DNA of 41,712 nucleotides from an uncultured Pseudomonadales bacterium (GTDB taxonomy: Bacteria; Patescibacteriota; Microgenomatia; UBA1400; UBA1396), in assembly GCA_964447905.1 (NCBI GenBank), contig CAYUUK010000009.1:1-41712 (forward strand). The letters are read 5' to 3'. Positions 20,471 through 29,218 of the stretch are shown in pieces. Below the pieces are notes generated by a model. That model saw only the letters and a list, made by a program, of their open reading frames with translations, ran no database searches and was not told the DNA's origin. The position numbers were made by a program, and so were the translations under genes. How positions within the stretch are numbered: the stretch's first letter is position 1; every line of letters starts with the position of its first letter.

Positions 20471-21633
20471 AGTTCAGAGTCTTTCAGTATTTTTGTAAAG
20501 ACCTCTACTCCAGAATAAAAATCTTTTAAGCGTATACGCTCATCTGGCTGGTGATTTGAAGCACCAACACCACTTCCAAATGAGAAAGCGGCCGGTTTAT
20601 CAAAAGCTTCCCAGGCCATTTGTATATCAAGATACCCTGTGTCCTTAGGGCTAGATAGAGCACTAGAACCATTAATTTCTTGGATAATTTTTATGAAGGG
20701 GGCAATCTCCTGTGGGTCGGTGTACCAAGAGCCGAAGTCATGAGTGAAAGAAACAATTTCTAAATCTAGCTTTTGTTGCATCAAACTTCTTTGCAACACT
20801 GAAGTTACCGTTTCTGCTCTCAGTGTTGGAACTGAAGGCCGAATATCGATTGTACACTCACAGATGTCTGGCACCACGTTTCCTTGCCGACTCACTCTCT
20901 GAAGCTGGCCTTCAGCATATGAATCTGGCTTCTCAGCACCACCGAGAATATAAGCAACATTGAGTGGATAGTTCCCGAGTACGGGATGTGTGCTATCAGC
21001 GAGGTATGCTTCTAGCATTGCTAGTGCTTTCATCGCGCCCTTAATAGCACTCTTGCCACCGTTTCGAGCAGGGTGACCGGTTTCACCCTTCACCCGAAAC
21101 GTTATTTCAATCAGACCTCGGCACCCCACCCCCATCTTTAAATCAGATCCATCTGCTGAAATTAAAAAGCGAGGACGAATATCAGCATATTTCTTAATAA
21201 ACTCTTTCATACCAAGAAAATTGTATTCCTCATCTGCGTACAAAAGAATCCAAAAATTCTTCTCTTTGGCTTCAGGTGTGAGTAACATCATGAGCAGAGA
21301 TGCCAACCCAGACTTCATATCGGCCGCTCCTCTCCCCCAAATCTCACCGTTCACTTCGGTAGCTTCTAGTTGATTGTATGGAGAACTTTGAGATGGAGCG
21401 ACTGTATCGCTGTGACCTAAAAACAGTACTTCTGGCTCACCGGATTTAATAATCAGGTTATACCGCCCTCCTGGAATCAACTGTCTTTCAACCACAAACT
21501 CAGTATTCTCAAGAATCCATCTTTCCAGATACTCAACTAACGCATTTTCATTTTGTTCTGGAACGGACTCATCGAGATAGGACGGAATAGCAATAAGTTC
21601 TTTCAAAAGCTGCTTTGATTGTTCATTTTTCAT
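20467..21633 (-). CDS. M20 (ArgE/DapE-family) metallo-amidohydrolase
   Basis: GHSDTV, GRGAADMKSG, ADEE, GHPA and HQPDE; start ATG 21633 (MKNEQ). Confidence 0.9.
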   Translation of the reverse strand: MKNEQSKQLLKELIAIPSYLDESVPEQNENALVEYLERWILENTEFVVERQLIPGGRYNLIIKSGEPEVLFLGHSDTVAPSQSSPYNQLEATEVNGEIWGRGAADMKSGLASLLMMLLTPEAKEKNFWILLYADEEYNFLGMKEFIKKYADIRPRFLISADGSDLKMGVGCRGLIEITFRVKGETGHPARNGGKSAIKGAMKALAMLEAYLADSTHPVLGNYPLNVAYILGGAEKPDSYAEGQLQRVSRQGNVVPDICECTIDIRPSVPTLRAETVTSVLQRSLMQQKLDLEIVSFTHDFGSWYTDPQEIAPFIKIIQEINGSSALSSPKDTGYLDIQMAWEAFDKPAAFSFGSGVGASNHQPDERIRLKDFYSGVEVFTKILKDSEL

Positions 21634-21667
21634 ATTTCTCTTTCTAAACACTTCATTTTTGGGGTAC

Positions 21668-21743
21668 AAAAAAAACCCGCTTCGGGGTTGTGTGAAGTGT
21701 TTCTGTTTTTTGGTATTTTATGAGAAATGAATCACAACCCCGA
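21668..21743 (-). terminator. Attenuator: terminator with alternative antiterminator
   Basis: mRNA AACCCCG-AAG-CGGGUUUUUUUU terminator; its 5' arm (21682-21692) is an 11-bp perfect complement of 21733-21743 inside the leader ORF. Confidence 0.75.
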
Positions 21744-21795
21744 CGGTATGGAGTACATGATGAACTTGATGACGAAGTGTGATGCAATACAGCAT
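21718..21795 (-). CDS. His-rich leader peptide MLYCITLRHQVHHVLHTVGVVIHFS
   Basis: 25 codons including 5 His (all CAT); extended -10 TGATACAAT 7 nt before the ATG (leaderless); overlaps the antiterminator arm. Confidence 0.72.
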   Translation of the reverse strand: MLYCITLRHQVHHVLHTVGVVIHFS

Positions 21796-21891
21796 TGCAA
21801 GAATTGTATCATATAAAAAATATGATTTGCACACACGAGCATTAAAAACTACAATATACCCATAAATAAACACAATTTACGCAAGGTGCAC

Positions 21892-22150
21892 ATGTCCACA
21901 CTTTCAAAAAATGAAGCTCCCTCTCAACACTGTCGTTTTTTTAGGAGAGAGATCACGGTGCACATCATGCAGGGCCCTTCGACCAAATACTGCAGAAATG
22001 ATCATCCAAGAGAATGGCGAAATTTACCTTTACTGCATCGTAACGCGCAACCTGCGTGCCCAAATGATGTGTAGTTCCTATGAAAAAGTTCCGAAACCTC
22101 AACCTCAACAACTCAATCCGAGCACAACACCAGCGCCTCACAACAGGTGA
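21892..22150 (+). pseudogene. Small Cys-rich protein interrupted by a +1 insertion in a T7 run (paralog of 30429..30659)
   Basis: Frame A MSTLSKNEAPSQHCRF joins frame B LGERSRCTSCRALRPNTAEM...IYLYC...AQMMCSSY if T7 (21936-21942) is T6; TTGCAC-N17-TACAAT promoter upstream. Confidence 0.7.
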
Positions 22151-22728
22151 TCAATGCTGTTACTGCGCAGTAACTGAAACTCTATATCCACACTCACCTG
22201 CGTAATGGAGCACTCTTTAATTTCATAGTCCAGTTCATTCGGAAATTTTTTCAGCATGGGCTGGAGTTGCTCTTCGGTAAAAATATTCCGCAAAAAATCG
22301 CTAATAATTCCCCCGTGCGAGACCAGAAGAATGTGCTCCTCGGGAGCACTCACGTGCTCAGTAATAACGGCTAAAAAGCTGTTTCCTGCCTGGCGAGAGG
22401 ACTGCCCTCCCAGCGGAACAAAGTCGCGGTCTTTGCTCGTTTGAATCCAGGTTTGGATAAAGTCATCTCGGGTTTGTCCCGGACGATCACCCCAGTTAAT
22501 GCGCTCGCGCAGTCGCGAATCCGTGTGAATGGGAAGATTCAGCGCCTCAGCGATGTACCCAGCGGTTTCTTGTGTGCGCCGCAGCGGACTAGCGATGATT
22601 TTTTGAATCGGCTGACTCACTAAGTGCTGCGCCGTCCGGCGCGCCTGCTCATGCCCCAGCTCATTCAAGCCAGGATCCATGGGCGAAAAGTGCTTGTCGC
22701 CGTGGCGAATGAGCGTAAAGGTGGTCAT
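22138..22728 (-). CDS. Histidine phosphatase family protein
   Basis: LIRHG, ASPLRRTQETA, LRE and LVSHGG; start ATG 22728. Confidence 0.9.
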   Translation of the reverse strand: MTTFTLIRHGDKHFSPMDPGLNELGHEQARRTAQHLVSQPIQKIIASPLRRTQETAGYIAEALNLPIHTDSRLRERINWGDRPGQTRDDFIQTWIQTSKDRDFVPLGGQSSRQAGNSFLAVITEHVSAPEEHILLVSHGGIISDFLRNIFTEEQLQPMLKKFPNELDYEIKECSITQVSVDIEFQLLRSNSIDHLL

Positions 22729-22792
22729 GAATGCCTCTTTTCTTTGTGAATTGCCGAAAAAGTCTTTTTTTTGCGATACAATCAGTATACAT

Positions 22793-23461
22793 ATGAATAT
22801 TGAAATCATTCCAGGTATTCAAGGCGCCCAACAGGCTACAGATATCGCTGTGATTATCGACGTGCTCCGTGCTGCATCCGTAGCGGCGTATCTGCTTGAC
22901 GCCGGTGTCACTTCAATTGTACCGGTATCCACCGCAGAAGAAGCCTTCCAACAGAATAAAGATGAAAATACGCTGCTCGTCGGTGAAAACAAAGGCATTA
23001 TGATTCCTGGTTTTGACCTGCGAAACTCTCCCAGTGAAATTCAAAAGAGAAATGACTTAGCCAACAAAAAAGTCATTCATCGTAGTTCCACCGGGACACA
23101 AGGCCTCGTGCATGCCCGCCACGCATCAGAAATTATTTTTGGCAGTTTTGTGACCGCGGAACCGATCATCAAGTATTTACGAAATCTCTCCAACAGAACT
23201 ATTACCCTCGTTCCCATGGATGCGTATGACGATCATATGTTTGCCGAGTATCTCTTGGCGAAACTCACTGACGGCAACCCGCTCTCTGTATCGACCATCA
23301 AAGAAAAAATTTCCGCACACGAGTGGATCCAGACACATTTCCTTAATCCAAAAAACCACCAATTCCCAGAAGAAGACTTCCACCTCTGTATTCGCGAAAG
23401 TGTTTTTGGCTTCTATCCGGTGGTACAAAATGGAAAAATTGTGAAAAGTACTCAGTTATGA
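22793..23461 (+). CDS. 2-phosphosulfolactate phosphatase (ComB) family protein
   Basis: VIIDVLRAAS, LLVGE, GFDLRNSPSE and SSTGTQG; start ATG 22793. Confidence 0.85.
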   Translation: MNIEIIPGIQGAQQATDIAVIIDVLRAASVAAYLLDAGVTSIVPVSTAEEAFQQNKDENTLLVGENKGIMIPGFDLRNSPSEIQKRNDLANKKVIHRSSTGTQGLVHARHASEIIFGSFVTAEPIIKYLRNLSNRTITLVPMDAYDDHMFAEYLLAKLTDGNPLSVSTIKEKISAHEWIQTHFLNPKNHQFPEEDFHLCIRESVFGFYPVVQNGKIVKSTQL

Positions 23462-23937
23462 ATACCAGAGCTCCAAAAGATTACATCTGCCCCATCTGCA
23501 TCGGAAATCAAGGAATAGAAAATGATGACACTTTACTCAAGCAAGCGGATCTAATATTTCGTGATGACTTGGTGAGTGTGTGGATGAACTCATTTTGGAT
23601 CAGAGGAAATGAAGGGCACGTGATTATTGTTCCCAATGAGCACTTTGAAAATGTGTATTCTGTCCCTGATGTGGTGGGACACCGAATATTTGAGATATCA
23701 AAAGTTATGAGTAAAACGCTGAAAGCTGCGTACTCTTGTGATGGCATCACGCTCCGGCAGAACAACGAACCAGCCGGCGACCAACACGCTCTGCACTATC
23801 ACCTCCACGTCTTCCCGCGATACGACAACGACACTTTCAATCAAGAGCTTACTAGAAAAAGCTACGTATCCGATCCTGAGAAAAGACGAGCCTTTGTCGA
23901 CAAAATAAAACAACATCCAGAAAGCCCTTATGAGTAA
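23458..23937 (+). CDS. HIT family hydrolase
   Basis: CPIC, GHVIIVPNEH and HYHLHVFPR. Confidence 0.9.
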   Translation: MNTRAPKDYICPICIGNQGIENDDTLLKQADLIFRDDLVSVWMNSFWIRGNEGHVIIVPNEHFENVYSVPDVVGHRIFEISKVMSKTLKAAYSCDGITLRQNNEPAGDQHALHYHLHVFPRYDNDTFNQELTRKSYVSDPEKRRAFVDKIKQHPESPYE

Positions 23938-24151
23938 CTTACCCTCCGGCCATTACCAACACTACAAAGGCAAAAAATACCTGGTGCTGGGAGTCGCCAA
24001 ACACAGTGAAACCCTCGAAGACCTCGTGGTCTATATCTCCCTCTATGAGAACGAAACAGCCAGCATGTGGGTGCGACCACTGAGCATGTTTATAGAAACT
24101 GTAGAGATTGAAGGGAAAACAATCCCGCGGTTTCGAAAATTGGATGAATGA
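23930..24151 (+). CDS. DUF1653 family protein
   Basis: YQHYKG..Y.V...AKHSETLE..VVY..LY.....WVRPLSMF. Confidence 0.9.
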   Translation: MSNLPSGHYQHYKGKKYLVLGVAKHSETLEDLVVYISLYENETASMWVRPLSMFIETVEIEGKTIPRFRKLDE

Positions 24152-24228
24152 AAAGCATATAAAGTGGGATGCTGTCTTTCAGAGAAATGCACAAATAAGC
24201 CTTAAAAAACATGCTATACTCCCTTCAC

Positions 24229-24294
24229 ATGCACACAAACAACAGCTGCTACCTAATCTGGTTTATGGCCGCCCGCGGAGGTGCTTGTTTGTAG
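24229..24294 (+). CDS. Leader peptide MHTNNSCYLIWFMAARGGACL
   Basis: 21 codons; extended -10 TGCTATACT 8 nt before the ATG; contains the antiterminator arm GGAGGTG. Confidence 0.62.
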   Translation: MHTNNSCYLIWFMAARGGACL

Positions 24295-24349
24295 TGCAAT
24301 TGCAGTAAAAAGAAACAAGAATTCACCTCCCAACCGGGAGGTTTTTTTT
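24277..24349 (+). terminator. Attenuator: terminator with alternative antiterminator
   Basis: Terminator ACCTCCC-AACC-GGGAGGT-T7 (24325-24349); alternative pairings GGAGGTG (24277-83)/CACCTCC (24324-30) and CTTGTTT/AAACAAG. Confidence 0.75.
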
Positions 24350-24362
24350 GGAGAAAGGAAGT

Positions 24363-25481
24363 ATGTTACACAAAAAAGATTTTCTCGATCAGCTAGCACA
24401 ACTTGTTGCTATTCCCACAATTACAGCGGATATTGATGCAAATCAAAAGGCGATTGAGTACATTACTTCGCTGATATCGCCAAGTGCACACATTGAAGTA
24501 CACGAAAACAACCAGACAAAAATTCTTATTGCTAGCAATACAACATCTCTGAACCCGAAAATCGGCTATCTAGTACACGTCGATGTGGTTGCCGCATCGG
24601 AAGCCATGTTCACCATGCAGCAAAAAGAGAACAGAGTCTTTGGCCGTGGCGTGAGCGATATGAAGTTCTCTATTCCGTTGGGTATCGCACTGCTCAATGA
24701 ACTGATCGACACAAAAAGTACTCTTCCATTCTCGCTGGCCATCACCACTGACGAAGAGGTTGGCGGATTAAATGGTGCGGCCCACTTAGCCCACCACATT
24801 GGCTGGAGGCCTGATGTCCTCATTGTTCCAGATGGCGGCGATAACGCGCAGTTTGTTCATGCATCAAAGGGTGTCGCCCAATTTGAGGTGGTAGCAACTG
24901 GCATATCTGCGCATGCTTCGCGGCTCTGGGAGGGGAAAAATGCCATTACACCACTGGCGCATATAGTCACTGAACTCGAAAAACGATACAAAAGGAATAA
25001 TGCTACCGAAGGATGGAAAACAACAGTAAACTTTGGAAAAATTTCTGGTGGCATCTCCACCAACCAAGTCTGTGACCAAGCCACGCTGCAACTTGATTTT
25101 CGCTACCCCGAAACTGACAACTTCGAACGCATCGTTGCTGAACTCCAAGAAATCGCTGCACCGTTCAAAGATCAGGTGGGCATTTCGCCTTTGGCAACTG
25201 GCCTCCCTACGGCTACGAGTATCGAGTTACCAGTAGTGAAAAAGTTTTTACGGATACTAGAAGAAACCTACTCACAAAAAGTTGCCAGTAAACCCACGCA
25301 CGGCGGCTCGGACGCTCGGCATTTCGCCGCCTACGGCACGCCTATTCTGATGATCAAACCGCATGGCGGAGATATTCATATGGAAAGTGAGTGGCTGGAT
25401 GTTGACTCAACCATGCTCTTTTACCAGGCTTTGAGAAATTTTTTACGAGAAATGGAACATGAGGACAATAATGTTTCCTAG
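24363..25481 (+). CDS. M20-family amidohydrolase (desuccinylase/deacylase-like)
   Basis: HVDVV, GRGVSDMK, TDEEVGG, SAHAS, GGSDAR and IHMESE; start ATG 24363 with AAAGGAAG SD. Confidence 0.9.
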   Translation: MLHKKDFLDQLAQLVAIPTITADIDANQKAIEYITSLISPSAHIEVHENNQTKILIASNTTSLNPKIGYLVHVDVVAASEAMFTMQQKENRVFGRGVSDMKFSIPLGIALLNELIDTKSTLPFSLAITTDEEVGGLNGAAHLAHHIGWRPDVLIVPDGGDNAQFVHASKGVAQFEVVATGISAHASRLWEGKNAITPLAHIVTELEKRYKRNNATEGWKTTVNFGKISGGISTNQVCDQATLQLDFRYPETDNFERIVAELQEIAAPFKDQVGISPLATGLPTATSIELPVVKKFLRILEETYSQKVASKPTHGGSDARHFAAYGTPILMIKPHGGDIHMESEWLDVDSTMLFYQALRNFLREMEHEDNNVS

Positions 25482-26589
25482 AATTCACAAAGCGGAACTG
25501 ATTGAAGTTGCCCTGCCGCTCATTACTCCATACACAACAGGCTTTGGCACACTTTTTGATCGCCACACTCTTCTTGTACGGCTGGAAACAGAAGATGGAG
25601 TAATTGGCTGGGGAGAAGCGGCACAACTGCAAGACCCTATCTATCTCGAAGAATGGCTTAATGGAAGCTGGCACTTTATTGTAGAGTATTTGCTCCCACT
25701 CGTTACTGGTTCTGGAATCACTGCAAAACAATTTGCTCATGAGGTAAAAAAGTATCGAAGACACAATATTTCCAAGTTTGCTGTGGAGACTGCTTTATGG
25801 ATGATAGAAGCCAAAAGAGCTGGCACTTCGTATGCCACCTTAGTCGGAGGCGTGCGCAAAACAATAGAATCTGGAGCAAGTGTTGGCATCCAAGAAAGTA
25901 GAGAAAAAACTATTCTCTCTGTACGAAATAAGCTCGATGCTGGTTATAAACGTATCAAGCTTAAAATCAGACCTGGGTGGGATTATGAAATAGTGAAAGC
26001 TATCCAAAACAAATTCCCAGATTGTCAATTAATGGTTGATGCCAACTCTTCGTATACGCTCGACGACATCGAGCAGCTAAAAAAACTCGATAAATTTGAT
26101 TTACTCATGATCGAACAACCGCTTGCCTATGACGACATTGTCGACCATGCTGAACTGGCAAAGCATATAAAAACTCCAATTTGTCTTGATGAAAGCATCT
26201 GCTCAGCAGCCGATGCCAGAAAGGCGATTCAGCTCGGTGCCTGCCAAATCATTAATGTCAAACCAGCTCGCGTGGGAAGTCTCTATGCAGTTCAAGAAAT
26301 GAATCAGTTGGCTCATGAAAAGAATATACAACTCTGGTGTGGAGGTATGTTAGAGGGCGATATTGGAAAAATTGCTAATTTAGCCGCAGCTAGCTTATCT
26401 GAATTTTCGCTCCCTGCAGATATTTCCAATTGGAAAACGTATTTTTCGAGTACTTTCACTGATATCGACAAAATGTACTCCCCACCAACTTTTACCTTGT
26501 CAGATACTTTCGGAAGTGATGTATCTGTCGACGAATCATGGATCAAACGATACACAGTTCGAAAGAAACGCTACGTCTCCAATTTCTGA
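25459..26589 (+). CDS. o-succinylbenzoate synthase / N-acylamino acid racemase (enolase superfamily)
   Basis: KRIKLKI, MVDANSSY, MIEQPL, ICLDESI, NVKPARVG and WCGGMLE, typical of the NSAR/OSBS subfamily. Confidence 0.88.
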   Translation: MRTIMFPRIHKAELIEVALPLITPYTTGFGTLFDRHTLLVRLETEDGVIGWGEAAQLQDPIYLEEWLNGSWHFIVEYLLPLVTGSGITAKQFAHEVKKYRRHNISKFAVETALWMIEAKRAGTSYATLVGGVRKTIESGASVGIQESREKTILSVRNKLDAGYKRIKLKIRPGWDYEIVKAIQNKFPDCQLMVDANSSYTLDDIEQLKKLDKFDLLMIEQPLAYDDIVDHAELAKHIKTPICLDESICSAADARKAIQLGACQIINVKPARVGSLYAVQEMNQLAHEKNIQLWCGGMLEGDIGKIANLAAASLSEFSLPADISNWKTYFSSTFTDIDKMYSPPTFTLSDTFGSDVSVDESWIKRYTVRKKRYVSNF

Positions 26590-27215
26590 GCCACTACTAC
26601 ACCCATATTGGCTGTGTAAGGCAGCGTATACCCAAGCGGGGCATGCACCTTTTCCACTGAGGCTCTGCGTACACTTAGTCCTGCAGATGTGAGCTGCTGA
26701 GCACTGACATCTGGTGAAAATTCTGACTTCTGGTACTGCCAGTGGTTTTTCAAGATATCTATGAGCAGAACAGTTCCATATGGCACAAGTACTCTGTATA
26801 ATTCTTGAATAACAGCCGCATGCTCCTGTGAACTCAAGTATCTCCAAGCTAGAAAAGAAGTGACAAGTCCAATAGACTCACTGGCCAACGGAAGAGTCTC
26901 GGTCATCTCGGCCACTGTTTTTTGACGAAGCGTATTGTGGCGCAGCATCTCAATGGAAAAATCCAGGCCGACAATTCTATTGTGCGCCGCGGCCGGAAAA
27001 TATACCCGCGTATTGGCCCCAGTGCCAAGATCTACAATACGCGAGTTCCCAGGCGTATACGCTAACACTTCCTCAGAATAACCACGCACAAACGCTTCCA
27101 GTACAGGAGCAATACGTCCTAGGTGTTGGTGCTCAACCCAGTTTGGAGCATCCGCATTCCACATTTGTCGAGCTGATTCGTGAGACATGGTTTTTGATTG
27201 TACAGTGGTTTTCAT
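26571..27215 (-). CDS. Class I SAM-dependent methyltransferase
   Basis: IVDLGTG, GLDFSIEML, LPLASESI and ELYRVLVPYG; start ATG 27215. Confidence 0.85.
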   Translation of the reverse strand: MKTTVQSKTMSHESARQMWNADAPNWVEHQHLGRIAPVLEAFVRGYSEEVLAYTPGNSRIVDLGTGANTRVYFPAAAHNRIVGLDFSIEMLRHNTLRQKTVAEMTETLPLASESIGLVTSFLAWRYLSSQEHAAVIQELYRVLVPYGTVLLIDILKNHWQYQKSEFSPDVSAQQLTSAGLSVRRASVEKVHAPLGYTLPYTANMGVVVAQKLET

Positions 27216-27246
27216 TGTTGCAAATACCCAAAAGAAGCTAAAATTC

Positions 27247-27275
27247 TTGACAGTCTCCATTTTTAGCAATATAAT
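27247..27275 (+). promoter_or_regulatory. Consensus sigma70 promoter driving T-box 1
   Basis: TTGACA-N17-TATAAT, perfect match. Confidence 0.88.
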
Positions 27276-27282
27276 TTCGAAC

Positions 27283-27526
27283 AATCCGCAATAACGAGTG
27301 TCGCGCCTCGTGATCTTGCAAGCACACAAAGCAAGAGCGGAATCTCGCAAAATCGAGATCGGCTGGCATCCGTAACTTCCAGACTTGTGTCACTCGTTTA
27401 GAGAAACGGAGCAAGTTACAAAGTGTGTATTGGCAACAATACACTAAATAAGGGTGGTACCGCGTTTTTAAATTTTAGAAGACGCCCCTTTGTCTACAAA
27501 ATACTTGTAGGTGAAGGGGCGTTTTT
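27283..27526 (+). ncRNA. T-box riboswitch 1 (transcriptional; probable Arg CGC specifier)
   Basis: AAGGGTGGTACCGCG at 27450-27464; CGCCCCT antiterminator partner; terminator 27481-27526; hairpin ACGAG-TGTCGCGC-CTCGT. Confidence 0.9.
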
Positions 27527-27554
27527 GCGTTTCATGACCTACGGAAAGGGAAAG

Positions 27555-28418
27555 ATGCCACAAACACATGAGCATCATCAATACACAGAAATAATGCCAA
27601 ATAAAAACATTCGTTTTGGCCTCTGGAAAGATATAGATCCTGGTATTCTCTACGAAACACTGGAACATCCAAACTGGGCTCCGTGGCTAGAAGCTGACAT
27701 TGCTTCCATTCATGGCAGGGCACAGTTTTTTCCCAAAGGGCAATTGCTGCTCCTAGACGGTACAAAACCCATTGCCAACCTCTCTACAAATCAGATTATG
27801 TGGAATGGTAATCCAAATTCATTACCAACTTGGGATGATATTGCTGGAAATCCAAGTGACTACAGTCAAACCTATACACCTACTGGAAATACGTTGGTTT
27901 TAATGTCTATGAATGTCGCTCCTGAATACCATGGTCAACAGCTCCCTGCAAAACTCGTCGGGCAAGTGCAACAGATGGCGTTTCAACTTGGTATCCAACA
28001 TATAGTGGGATCATTTCGACCCAATACATATGGAGCTCTGAAACAACAATACCAACAAGACATTCCTTTTTGGCACTACGCTACAAAAATGAAAACACCC
28101 AGAATAGATACCAATGGTGCTTTTGGTAAACCAGGAAAAACAGTTCACATGCCTGTAGATAGTTGGCTGAGAAGCTTAACATGGTTAGGAATGCAACCTA
28201 TAAAAGAAGATACAACCGCCATGACGGTTACCGTTCCAGTAGCGGAATTTGAGTACTATCAACAAACCTATCATCCTGAATCTTGGTGGCAGGCACCAAA
28301 CGGGAAATGGCACTGTAGTGAAGTTGGTAGTTGGACAATTAACCGAGAGCAACAAACAGCCACATACCAGGAATCCAACCTGTACGGATCATTGCCACTT
28401 TTACAAGGAGCACGATGA
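27555..28418 (+). CDS. GNAT-family acyltransferase (YkwB-like)
   Basis: FPKGQL...TWDDI...GNTLVLMSMNVAPEYHGQQL; start ATG 27555 after the T-box terminator with GGAAAGGG SD. Confidence 0.7.
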   Translation: MPQTHEHHQYTEIMPNKNIRFGLWKDIDPGILYETLEHPNWAPWLEADIASIHGRAQFFPKGQLLLLDGTKPIANLSTNQIMWNGNPNSLPTWDDIAGNPSDYSQTYTPTGNTLVLMSMNVAPEYHGQQLPAKLVGQVQQMAFQLGIQHIVGSFRPNTYGALKQQYQQDIPFWHYATKMKTPRIDTNGAFGKPGKTVHMPVDSWLRSLTWLGMQPIKEDTTAMTVTVPVAEFEYYQQTYHPESWWQAPNGKWHCSEVGSWTINREQQTATYQESNLYGSLPLLQGAR

Positions 28419-29218
28419 ACGCCCAATCTGAATGGTTCTCTCTTCAACAAGTCACTCCACATATTTTTGCTGTTGCAGAACCACATCACTGGGAAGAAGT
28501 GATTTCATATGTTTTTGTAACACCAGATCAACTTTTTCTATTTGATACTGGCATGGGATATGAGTCTCTCTCTCAATTCCTGCAGGAACAATTCTATTCA
28601 AGACCGGTTACTGTCTTACTCAGCCATGCCCACTGGGATCATATTGGCAGTGTGCATGAATTTACAGATATTTGGATTCATGCACACACCTGGGAAACAG
28701 AGAGACTCGCTCGAGGATTTCACTCTTTAGAAGTTGAAGAACTCTCGTCACCCTACTTTTCTGCTCCATTTGTAACAAAAGAGTTTATCGCTCCAGGGTC
28801 ATCTCAGTTTCAAACTTTCCAAGACGGGTATACTTTTGAGACATCATGTGGTGTTATTGCTGTCATTCACACACCTGGGCATACACCCGGATCAGTCTGT
28901 TTTTGGTTACCAGAAGAAAATGTACTTATTACTGGCGACACTCTCTATCCAGCTGCGGAGTTTTTGTATTTGCCGGAGTCAAATGTTGTTGCCTACACAA
29001 AGAGCATAAAAAAACTCCTGCACCAGTTTCGGGACAGTACCATTACGATTCTTCCGGGGCATAATGCCATTCAAACCAATATACAGTTGCTACAAGATCA
29101 CCATGACGCGCTTCTTGGCAAGACCAAAGCACACAAAAGAGAATTAAAAGAAGACCATTATGGGAAATTCGAAGAATGTTTCTTCCAGGGATTTTCACTC
29201 CGACTACCGCAGTGTTAG
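28415..29218 (+). CDS. MBL-fold metallohydrolase
   Basis: FDTG, SHAHWDHIG, HTPGHTPGS, ITGD and LPGH; ATGA coupling with the GNAT. Confidence 0.92.
   Translation: MNAQSEWFSLQQVTPHIFAVAEPHHWEEVISYVFVTPDQLFLFDTGMGYESLSQFLQEQFYSRPVTVLLSHAHWDHIGSVHEFTDIWIHAHTWETERLARGFHSLEVEELSSPYFSAPFVTKEFIAPGSSQFQTFQDGYTFETSCGVIAVIHTPGHTPGSVCFWLPEENVLITGDTLYPAAEFLYLPESNVVAYTKSIKKLLHQFRDSTITILPGHNAIQTNIQLLQDHHDALLGKTKAHKRELKEDHYGKFEECFFQGFSLRLPQC

Noticed and set aside
25459-26589. menC as part of menaquinone synthesis
   Set aside because: No other men genes in the window; coupling to an M20 gene favours racemase function, so no symbol was given.
27423-27554. N-terminal extension of the 331-aa ORF
   Set aside because: It runs through the T-box antiterminator and terminator; ATG 27555 has an SD and lies after the terminator.
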